Program-made: the position numbers and the translations under genes
Shown here: in pieces, positions 29,207-36,354 of the stretch
Numbering within the stretch: the first letter of the stretch is position 1
Layout: every line of letters begins with the position of its first letter
Origin: a virus
Lineage: Duplodnaviria; Caudoviricetes
Strand: one strand, 5' to 3'
DNA length: 53,159 nt
IMG/VR virus record: IMGVR_UViG_3300024344_000019
Location: 1 to 53,159 of that record
Notes under the pieces: model-generated
What the model was told of the DNA's origin: nothing
The model's input: only the letters and a program-made list of their open reading frames with translations
Databases searched by the model: none

Positions 29207-29618
29207 CTTCGATTTTTTTACCTATGTTATATTTCGCTTGTAAGTCCCAATCATTCTTTTCTTTAAATGATAAAACTTTAATTTGTGATAGAGGTGCTTT
29301 TTTCTCAGCAACTGTAGCATTAATTATTGCAATTAATCCCCAATCTGCCAATAACTGAGCAATCGTATTTCTTCTTTCAATATCATTGTCGGTTAAGTTT
29401 GCTTCTTTACCATCTAACGCAAATAGTTCCTTAAAATGCGTTATGAAATATCTACCTTGTTTGTGTAGTATATGACACGATTGAAATAATTTTTTATCTT
29501 TTCTAGAGGCAACACCAATTCTAGTTAGTGTTTCACGAACCTTTAAAAAATCGTCTGGTTCTTTTAATTGTACTTCCAGCATTTTCTCTGGATGCCAACT
29601 GTTATCTAATTCATTCAT
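29187..29618 (-). CDS. regA: Translational repressor RegA
   Basis: DDFLKVRETLTRIGVAS, QSCHILHKQGRYFITHFKELF. Confidence 0.96.
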   Translation of the reverse strand: MNELDNSWHPEKMLEVQLKEPDDFLKVRETLTRIGVASRKDKKLFQSCHILHKQGRYFITHFKELFALDGKEANLTDNDIERRNTIAQLLADWGLIAIINATVAEKKAPLSQIKVLSFKEKNDWDLQAKYNIGKKIEDEGTEV

Positions 29619-30004
29619 TTTATCCCACCTTTGTATAATTTTTCCTTAATGAGTTTTATCTCATCTTTGGTGAGTATATCAAGAGCGGATTTTGCTTTAT
29701 CATTACTATAGCCATAATACTCTTTTACACACTCAATTTCTTTTAGTTTACTCGCCCTCAAAAACGGACTATACCGTTTCTTCGTTCTAATACTATTTAG
29801 TAGAAATTGAAATTGCATATCTTTATCAATGAAGTGATTTCTATTCATTTCATTAACAAGCATTATAGTGTCTGAAAAAGCAGACAATAGTTTATTTACG
29901 ATAAATGCAGGATACTTTTTCTTCCATAATTCATCATCTGAATCCATTAGATCCTTTTTAGTGAAGTTTATGGCGTTTAAGTATTCTTTTAATTCGTAAC
30001 TCAT
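29615..30004 (-). CDS. 62: Clamp loader small subunit (gp62)
   Basis: YLNAIN..K, YPAFIVN, NEMN, YYGYS; position in 45-44-62-regA order. Confidence 0.93.
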   Translation of the reverse strand: MSYELKEYLNAINFTKKDLMDSDDELWKKKYPAFIVNKLLSAFSDTIMLVNEMNRNHFIDKDMQFQFLLNSIRTKKRYSPFLRASKLKEIECVKEYYGYSNDKAKSALDILTKDEIKLIKEKLYKGGIK

Positions 30005-30939
30005 TTGAATTTAACCTGGGACATCAATTCAGTTAAACAGGCCACCAAGTTAATTTCTTGGTCTGCAACAAAGGCAGACTTATACTGATAATCAGCAATA
30101 ATTAAAACAGCATGAGGTATAGTTTCTGGTTCTAAACTCTCATACATATTGTCATAAATTTTACGAAATATTTTAACTGGATCATTGTCAAGATTATTGA
30201 CAACCCATTTTCTCATATCACTAAACTCTTTACCTTTTAAATGTGTTACAAGTGTCTTTAAGTTTTCGTCTGATACATTAACAAGAATACCAGCGTCAAT
30301 AGTACCACTTACAGAATATCTTTGTAGTTCATTGATAAGTTTTCTAAAGTCTGGAAAATGTTTCTTGATTAATTCAGCAAGTACCTTTTCTTCAAAGTCA
30401 ACATTCTGTTCTTTCAGAATATGAGTTGCTCTTGAAAACAACTGACTTGCTAATTTAGGTTTATCTTTTGGATTAATTCTAAATTCAATATTAGAAAATC
30501 TACTATGCAAAGGTTCTATGATTCTATTCTTGAAGTTACAAGTAAGAATAAATCTACAATTCTTATGAAACTCCTCAATGAAACCTCTTAATGCAGGTTG
30601 TGTAGATTGTGGATTAAGATAATCTGCCTCGTCAAGTATAACTACTTTTTTACCACCTGATAGTGATACAGTAGAAGCAAAGTTTTTAATCTTGTTTCTT
30701 AATACATCAATGCCACCTTCTTCGGAACCATTAATCATTATCCAATCACAATTTAATTCTTCACATAATGCTTTTGCAACTGTGGTCTTACCAATACCTG
30801 GTGTACCTGAAAATAATAGATTAGATAATTCGCCTTTAGTAATAAAGGATTTAAATAGTGTTTTTAATGATGATGGTAATATACAATCATCAATAGTTTT
30901 AGGCCGATACTCCTCGACCCATAGAAAGTCTGTATTCAT
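30001..30939 (-). CDS. 44: Clamp loader ATPase subunit (gp44)
   Basis: LWVEEYRP, GTPGIGKTT, ILDEAD, PLHSR. Confidence 0.96.
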   Translation of the reverse strand: MNTDFLWVEEYRPKTIDDCILPSSLKTLFKSFITKGELSNLLFSGTPGIGKTTVAKALCEELNCDWIMINGSEEGGIDVLRNKIKNFASTVSLSGGKKVVILDEADYLNPQSTQPALRGFIEEFHKNCRFILTCNFKNRIIEPLHSRFSNIEFRINPKDKPKLASQLFSRATHILKEQNVDFEEKVLAELIKKHFPDFRKLINELQRYSVSGTIDAGILVNVSDENLKTLVTHLKGKEFSDMRKWVVNNLDNDPVKIFRKIYDNMYESLEPETIPHAVLIIADYQYKSAFVADQEINLVACLTELMSQVKFK

Positions 30940-30968
30940 ATTTCACTCCGTTCATGTTATAATTAAAA

Positions 30969-31643
30969 TTACTTACTGATTGTACTGTCTGGCTCAAGAG
31001 CAATCCAATATTCAATAGGTAGTTTTTTGTTTTTGAAATGAGATATAGACTTTGAAGATACTGAAACATCATAATCACCAGATATCATTTTTAAATTTTC
31101 TACTTTAAAATAGAAAGTATAATCTGCTGTAGCACTTTCGCCTACAACGATATCAAAGTTATTAGATGTATCATTCTTTTTATCACATACTTTTAACACT
31201 ATATCACCACCTTTTGTTCCTACTAATGCAAGGTCAGGTGTTTTTAGAATCGCAGCCATCTTTTTCAATTCTGTAAGATGTGATTCTGATAAACTAAAAG
31301 TAACATCTGCCTCTGGCATATTTACTTCTTTAGTTGGCGACACTAGAACTGACGGATCAGAATAAAAGTATTTTGCTTTTGACTTACTGCCTTCAGCAGA
31401 AATAGTCATAAATTTATCTTGTAAAGATAATTCAGGTTTGTTTAGTCCTGACATTACTGCAAGAAATTCATTAAGGTCATAGATACCAAATTCAGTATCA
31501 AATGATTCATCAATATTTGCTTTTGCAAATATATTTCTCATAGTAGATATTGTACTTAATTCTTTTCCTGGTTTAATCAATATATTAGTATTGATTTCAG
31601 AAAAGTTTTTAAGTATGTTTTGTGTGTTTTGATTGATTTTCAT
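30969..31643 (-). CDS. 45: Sliding clamp (gp45)
   Basis: LKNFSEINTNI, FGIYDLNEFL, YWIALE; start revised to MKINQ. Confidence 0.95.
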   Translation of the reverse strand: MKINQNTQNILKNFSEINTNILIKPGKELSTISTMRNIFAKANIDESFDTEFGIYDLNEFLAVMSGLNKPELSLQDKFMTISAEGSKSKAKYFYSDPSVLVSPTKEVNMPEADVTFSLSESHLTELKKMAAILKTPDLALVGTKGGDIVLKVCDKKNDTSNNFDIVVGESATADYTFYFKVENLKMISGDYDVSVSSKSISHFKNKKLPIEYWIALEPDSTISK

Positions 31644-31678
31644 AATATTAATATTCACCTTTTTGTTTAATTAAAATC

Positions 31679-31719
31679 ATTATAACAGAAATAAAGGGAC
31701 CTGTCAAGCAGGTCCCCTT
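31679..31719 (-). promoter_or_regulatory. Terminator hairpin overlapping a perfect sigma70 promoter
   Basis: GGGACCTG-CTTGA-CAGGTCCC-TTTATTT; TTGACA(31707-31702)-17-TATAAT(31684-31679). Confidence 0.8.
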
Positions 31720-31726
31720 AAAATAA

Positions 31727-32755
31727 TTATTTAATTGATTTACCATTTACATTTACCAAAAATCTCATATCTTCATTTTTGGTATCTTGTGGTAAAAATC
31801 CTAATATCTTTATGAAGTTAGTATTTTTAACTCCCAAAGATTTAAACATATCTAACATATTTTTAAATTGTTCTATTTTGTTTTGTCTTAGTTGTTTTAC
31901 CGTTTTATTACCTGGGTCTTTTACATGAAGAACCACATAACTAAAGTTATTTGTTTCAACATATTTACGAGCAGCATTAATTATTGGATCCATAGTATTA
32001 GCACCCAAGTAACCATATTGATTTCTGTCTTTGTCATACTTACCACCAAAAACAAATTTTGCTTTTTCATCTGCTGTTTCATCTTGCCAAGTTTTTACTG
32101 AAGAAGCATTATAGGTTATAAATGCTCTTGATTTCGTCTGAGCATTTTTTGCTTTTGACACTATTCTACCTCTTACCTCTTCGGACATACCAGGCCAAAC
32201 TCTATCAATATATGCTCTAATAGAATCTTCAGTATTAACAAGTTCTTTATGTTTTTTAGCAATCTCATTTTTTATATGATGAATAATACCTATCTCACCA
32301 GTATTATATTTTGTATCGTTAATATGACTTGTATTTTCATAGGTAGCAATTTCATCTATTTGAGACGGTGTTGCATTTTCAACAATGTAAAACCAATATT
32401 CTTTTATGCCATTTTCTTGTAGTCCATTAAGAGTACCAAACCCAGCAACTAAGTTGTATTCAGCTTCAATATCTGGATCATTATTCTTAACAATAACAGG
32501 TAAATCTAAATATGGTTTTACTCCATTACCTAAATCTTGAGCAATATTTTGTAGCTCTTTAGTTGTATGCCTTTCAGGTCTACCTATGTTTTTTGTTAAA
32601 ACATCCTCTTGTATGATTGTGTTTAATTTAACTTTTACAGGACCAATAAACTTTAGATTATCACCTAGATGTGAATATTTAAAATATGATTTTGTGAAAA
32701 AATGTGAGGCGGTATTTTTATCGAAGTTAACCACTTCGTTTAGTTTATGTAACAT
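31727..32755 (-). CDS. Hypothetical protein, possible divergent ParB/Srx-like N-terminal domain
   Basis: LPVIVK...YNLVAGFGTLNGL pattern; AAAAGGAG RBS; own late promoter. Confidence 0.5.
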   Translation of the reverse strand: MLHKLNEVVNFDKNTASHFFTKSYFKYSHLGDNLKFIGPVKVKLNTIIQEDVLTKNIGRPERHTTKELQNIAQDLGNGVKPYLDLPVIVKNNDPDIEAEYNLVAGFGTLNGLQENGIKEYWFYIVENATPSQIDEIATYENTSHINDTKYNTGEIGIIHHIKNEIAKKHKELVNTEDSIRAYIDRVWPGMSEEVRGRIVSKAKNAQTKSRAFITYNASSVKTWQDETADEKAKFVFGGKYDKDRNQYGYLGANTMDPIINAARKYVETNNFSYVVLHVKDPGNKTVKQLRQNKIEQFKNMLDMFKSLGVKNTNFIKILGFLPQDTKNEDMRFLVNVNGKSIK

Positions 32756-32826
32756 ATGTTACTCCTTTTAATAATATTAGAATGTCGCAACCCATATGGG
32801 AAACAATAGACTAATGTTGTTTTAAT

Positions 32827-32856
32827 TATTTATAAGGCGACCCCGAAGGATCGCCT
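32827..32856 (-). promoter_or_regulatory. C(UUCG)G hairpin followed directly by a late promoter
   Basis: AGGCGATCC-TTCG-GGGTCGCCT then TATAAATA (32834-32827). Confidence 0.7.
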
Positions 32857-32870
32857 ATCTATTGAATCAA

Positions 32871-33296
32871 TTACTTGATGTCAATTGTACGAGGTTTCTT
32901 TTCCTCTGGTACGATTTTCTCTAAGTCAATCAAAAGCATTCCATCTTTTAACTTAGCACCATTAACTTTGATATCATCTGCCAAAGTAAATGTTCTACTA
33001 AATTTTCTTTTTGAAATACCTCTATGTAGAGTTTCCTTTTCATCCTTATCATCACTCTCAACTGACTTAATTGTCAATTGACTATTAGCAGATTTAACTT
33101 CAATGTCTTTTTTACCGAAACCAGCAAGTGCCATTTCGATTTGATAATTTAAATCATCTACTTTGTTAATGTTGTAAGGTGGATATGATGTTGGTTGTTT
33201 AACCGTGTACTCTAATGTATTATTAAAGTGGTCAAATAGGTCATCAAAACCTACTGAAAATGGACGTAAATCGTTCCATATAGATAGTCTTGTCAT
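32871..33296 (-). CDS. Small heat shock protein Hsp20
   Basis: SYPPYNI, IEMALAGF, LHRGISKRKFSRTFTL, LKDGML, PRTIDI; start revised to MTRLSIW. Confidence 0.95.
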   Translation of the reverse strand: MTRLSIWNDLRPFSVGFDDLFDHFNNTLEYTVKQPTSYPPYNINKVDDLNYQIEMALAGFGKKDIEVKSANSQLTIKSVESDDKDEKETLHRGISKRKFSRTFTLADDIKVNGAKLKDGMLLIDLEKIVPEEKKPRTIDIK

Positions 33297-33360
33297 TGTT
33301 TTCTCCTTTTTTATAAGCAAGTTAATCTAAATGATACCTCCTAATTGAGCGTATCACAAT

Positions 33361-33368
33361 TATTTATA
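33361..33368 (-). promoter_or_regulatory. T4-type late promoter (hsp20)
   Basis: TATAAATA. Confidence 0.75.
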
Positions 33369-33399
33369 TAAGTATTGTTTTAAAAATTACAACCCCTAT

Positions 33400-33622
33400 A
33401 AAAAAAATATTATTGGCAGAGGTAGGTCTCACCCTCTTTATACTAACGAGTCTTACCTCGCCTATCAGACTAAGGATCCCTATCAATTCTCTGCTACAAA
33501 GACCAATGAGCCAATAAAAGTGCCGTTTTTTTGTCTCGGGTAAACGGCAAAACCCAAATCGGTGTCTTTGCGGAAGACACTCTACCTCTAATGTCAGGAC
33601 TTACGAACTGCCTTGACATTAC
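33400..33622 (-). ncRNA. Candidate structured non-coding RNA (two domains, H-type pseudoknot)
   Basis: GC-elevated stretch with no ORF in the track, directly after TATAAATA (33630-33623); several perfect stems, ends in a U-tract. Confidence 0.65.
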
Positions 33623-33643
33623 TATTTATACGATAAAATACTC

Positions 33644-33961
33644 TTACTGATTAGAATAAGCGTATTTTTGTTTACCGTATAAAGCTCTGATACCAGCAGC
33701 AACGATTTCATTTGTGTTACCTTTTAACACTTTTTGAACGCCTGCAGCTAAAATAGCTTTAGTAGGTGTACCCATACGATATGAAGTACCATCAGCAGTC
33801 TGGTTAATATAAACCATATGACCCTCTGTTCTTAGTTGATCCACCATCGCTCTAGGTGATGTTAAATCAAATTTATTTCTTAGTGAAGTCCATGTTACTG
33901 ACTTACCATTTGATAATAAATTTAGTACTTTTTGTTTTTTTGTTAAGGCTTTTCTACCCAT
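33644..33961 (-). CDS. Winged helix-turn-helix DNA-binding protein
   Basis: TKKQKVLNLLSNGKSVT..LRNKF..PRAMVDQLRTEGHMVY; AAGGAG RBS. Confidence 0.7.
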   Translation of the reverse strand: MGRKALTKKQKVLNLLSNGKSVTWTSLRNKFDLTSPRAMVDQLRTEGHMVYINQTADGTSYRMGTPTKAILAAGVQKVLKGNTNEIVAAGIRALYGKQKYAYSNQ

Positions 33962-34044
33962 AATAAATTACTCCTTCAAGTATTTTGTTGCCTAAGTTTA
34001 TTACATTATTCGATATGGGCAACAGATTCATATCAAGTAATTCT

Positions 34045-34254
34045 TTAATAACCTTCTCTCAAAGTTTTTAATTTTTGTTCTTTTTTAATTCTTCTAATAC
34101 TTTGTTTCTTTGCCTCTCTTTTAATTTCAGAGGGTTTAGAAAAGTATTGACGTTCTTTCATTTCTTTCATAAGACCATCTTTAAGAAGTTTCTTTTTTAA
34201 AACTCTCATGGCCTTTTCTACATTATTATTTCTTACGGTTACTTCTATTGTCAT
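34045..34254 (-). CDS. rpsU: Ribosomal protein bS21
   Basis: VTVRNNNVEKAMRVLKKK...ERQYFSKPSEIKRE. Confidence 0.93.
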   Translation of the reverse strand: MTIEVTVRNNNVEKAMRVLKKKLLKDGLMKEMKERQYFSKPSEIKREAKKQSIRRIKKEQKLKTLREGY

Positions 34255-34596
34255 TTACAATCCATTAATCTTAAACATTCTTAAAATATTTTGACTAGGT
34301 ATTACAGTTGAATTACCACCATCAGATAAATCACCATGTTTATCATAATTGTAATCACTCATCAATATATGTACCTTTCTATCTTTCTTAACTAACCAAC
34401 CAGTTGAAACGCAAGTAGCAGGTTTCATGCCTTGAATTTCTTTTAAAGACTTCCAACCAGCGTCTGATTCGATATCTTCCCAATACACTAAATAAAAATC
34501 ATATGTAAATGGTATTTCTGGAACATCCTCTCTACGATTTTGTTTATTTAAATTCTTCTTTGAATTGTTTTTGGTTCGTTTAATAGTTTTAGTCAT
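34255..34596 (-). CDS. Hypothetical protein
   Basis: VYWEDIESDAGW..CVSTGWL motif common in phage small proteins. Confidence 0.7.
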   Translation of the reverse strand: MTKTIKRTKNNSKKNLNKQNRREDVPEIPFTYDFYLVYWEDIESDAGWKSLKEIQGMKPATCVSTGWLVKKDRKVHILMSDYNYDKHGDLSDGGNSTVIPSQNILRMFKINGL

Positions 34597-34603
34597 ACTT
34601 CTT

Positions 34604-34632
34604 ATTATACTCTATTTTAAAAAAATTGTCAA
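34604..34632 (-). promoter_or_regulatory. sigma70-type promoter driving the bS21 operon
   Basis: TTGACA-17-TATAAT, 7 nt before ATG 34596. Confidence 0.8.
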
Positions 34633-34639
34633 GCTGTTG

Positions 34640-34667
34640 TAAAGTGGCAGCGGACTAAGCTGCCACT
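34640..34667 (-). terminator. Probable terminator hairpin after AAA ATPase gene
   Basis: AGTGGCAGC-TTAGTCC-GCTGCCACT followed by a short U run. Confidence 0.6.
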
Positions 34668-34690
34668 CGACTACATTATGAAATAGATTT

Positions 34691-35902
34691 TTAATAACTA
34701 GGGTTATCTTCCTCACTATCATCGGAATCTTGTTCTTCTTCTAGAACTGGATTACCCCAAGTGGTAACATCTTCGCCACCATCAACTTTGGTATATAAAT
34801 CCATAAATGATGTTTTGGTATCAACATCAAATCTATTAGTACACATTTCAATTGCCTTCATCTTGTTTTTAAAGATTGTATAGGCTTCTACAATGTGAAC
34901 CAATCGTCTAGTAGAAATTATCTCATCTACGCCGCCCTCATAAAAGGTCTTTCTGATAATGTCTGCCCAAGTAATTAAGTTTAGGGAAAACTTCTCATCA
35001 TCTTTTTTAGTAAGACCTTTTTCGGACATTACATTGTTTAAGATTTTACTCTCAATTTTATTTGTTGGATATGATTGTTCAACAGTAATCGGAAATCTCT
35101 CAAGGAATGCCTCGTTAAGAATATTAGTACCGATAAACTTACCATCTTCGGATCCTTGACCTTTAGTATTGGCAGTGGCAATCACATTAAACCCTGGTGC
35201 AGGTTTAATAAACTTGTTAATCTTTTTAAGGAAGACACCATTACCTTCTAAGATAGGTTGTAAACACATAATCTTATTAGACGCAAGGTCAATCTCATCA
35301 AGAAGAAGTATAGCACCTCTTTCCATTGCCTCGATTACTGGACCATTCTGCCAAACAGTTTGACCCTCTTGCAATCTATAACCACCGAGTAAATCATCTT
35401 CATCGGTCTCGATTGTAATATTAACTCTAATACATTCTCTTTTTGCCTGAGCACAAGCCTGTGATACATTCATTGTCTTACCGTTACCAGACAAGCCAGT
35501 AATAAAGATAGGATAGAATTGTTTACTTGTAATGATTGATTTAATATCTTTAAAGTAACCCCAAGGAACAAAAACATTGTCTTTGGCAGGAACGATATTA
35601 CCAGTTAAACTAGAAACGATAAATGCAGCCTTATTTACTGTATCAACAGTAGGTGCGGTTTCATTTTTAGGTAATTCGGATTGTATTTCTTCTTTTACTT
35701 TTGAAGAAATATCGTTGCCTTCAATCGGTAAAGAGTAAACTCCTCTAGCAACTTTGTATTGGTCTTGTTTTAACCAACTTGGATTTTTGATTTTGCCACT
35801 TTTAACAAAATCATTAATCTCACTTCTTGTTAAATCAGTTTTTTTGTAGTGTTTATATAACAACTCTACCTGACCTAACTGGTCTTGATTCAAATTATTC
35901 AT
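34691..35902 (-). CDS. cobS: MoxR/CobS-like AAA+ ATPase
   Basis: GLSGNGKT, ETDEDDLLGG, LLLDEID, TANTKGQG, NEAFLERF, ISTRRL. Confidence 0.9.
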   Translation of the reverse strand: MNNLNQDQLGQVELLYKHYKKTDLTRSEINDFVKSGKIKNPSWLKQDQYKVARGVYSLPIEGNDISSKVKEEIQSELPKNETAPTVDTVNKAAFIVSSLTGNIVPAKDNVFVPWGYFKDIKSIITSKQFYPIFITGLSGNGKTMNVSQACAQAKRECIRVNITIETDEDDLLGGYRLQEGQTVWQNGPVIEAMERGAILLLDEIDLASNKIMCLQPILEGNGVFLKKINKFIKPAPGFNVIATANTKGQGSEDGKFIGTNILNEAFLERFPITVEQSYPTNKIESKILNNVMSEKGLTKKDDEKFSLNLITWADIIRKTFYEGGVDEIISTRRLVHIVEAYTIFKNKMKAIEMCTNRFDVDTKTSFMDLYTKVDGGEDVTTWGNPVLEEEQDSDDSEEDNPSY

Positions 35903-35936
35903 AATATAAGTCCTTTCATAATGTAATAATCAATTT

Positions 35937-36040
35937 ATACTGCTATGCTACACTAATTTCCATTGATTGTCAAGCATATTAGTATCTTTTTTTCCCTTAT
36001 TTTTAGGGGTTTTTTCACTTTTTTTGTTCTTCTTTTGTTC
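35937..36040 (-). promoter_or_regulatory. Early promoter (repeat family copy 1) with upstream A-tracts and LexA-like box
   Basis: GCTTGACA-17-TAGCAT; GTTC-N7-GTTC at 36026-36040. Confidence 0.7.
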
Positions 36041-36050
36041 TTTTTTCTCG

Positions 36051-36078
36051 ATAAGGGGGTCAGAAACCCCCTTATTTT
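36051..36078. terminator. Terminator-like hairpin
   Basis: ATAAGGGGGT-CAGAA-ACCCCCTTAT; the T-tract lies on the + strand side. Confidence 0.6.
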
Positions 36079-36089
36079 GATTTTTTGGA

Positions 36090-36335
36090 CTATTCACTAT
36101 CTGATTCGGTAGTGTTAGACTCAACGGTTTGCCCTAATGTAGGTAAAGCATAACCGCCTCTGCTCAATCTATAAGATTGATTCTTCATCAACCAAGCAGG
36201 TTTGGTGATGCCGTGTTTACTTTGAAGGGATATGATATCCTTTCTAGTAATTTCGGTAGTGAACCCTTCTTCATTTGCCATTTTGACAAATGCTTCTTGG
36301 GCAGGTGTTAAAGCTATTTTAGATGTATTATCCAT
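36090..36335 (-). CDS. Small protein homologous to the N-terminal domain of the adjacent AAA ATPase
   Basis: ITRKDI...ITKPAWLMKNQSYRLSRGGYALP vs LTRSEI...IKNPSWLKQDQYKVARGVYSLP. Confidence 0.75.
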   Translation of the reverse strand: MDNTSKIALTPAQEAFVKMANEEGFTTEITRKDIISLQSKHGITKPAWLMKNQSYRLSRGGYALPTLGQTVESNTTESDSE

Positions 36336-36354
36336 TATATAGTTCCTTTCTCAA

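Noticed and set aside
33411-33516. tRNA, tmRNA or hammerhead identity for the structured region
   Set aside because: No TTCGA T-arm with acceptor stem and CCA; CUGAUAG is present but the hammerhead GAAA core is not. No tRNA genes were recognised in the window
34691-35902. True cobalamin biosynthesis role for the CobS-like gene
   Set aside because: No other cob genes; the MoxR plus VWA pairing fits a general chaperone or remodelling function
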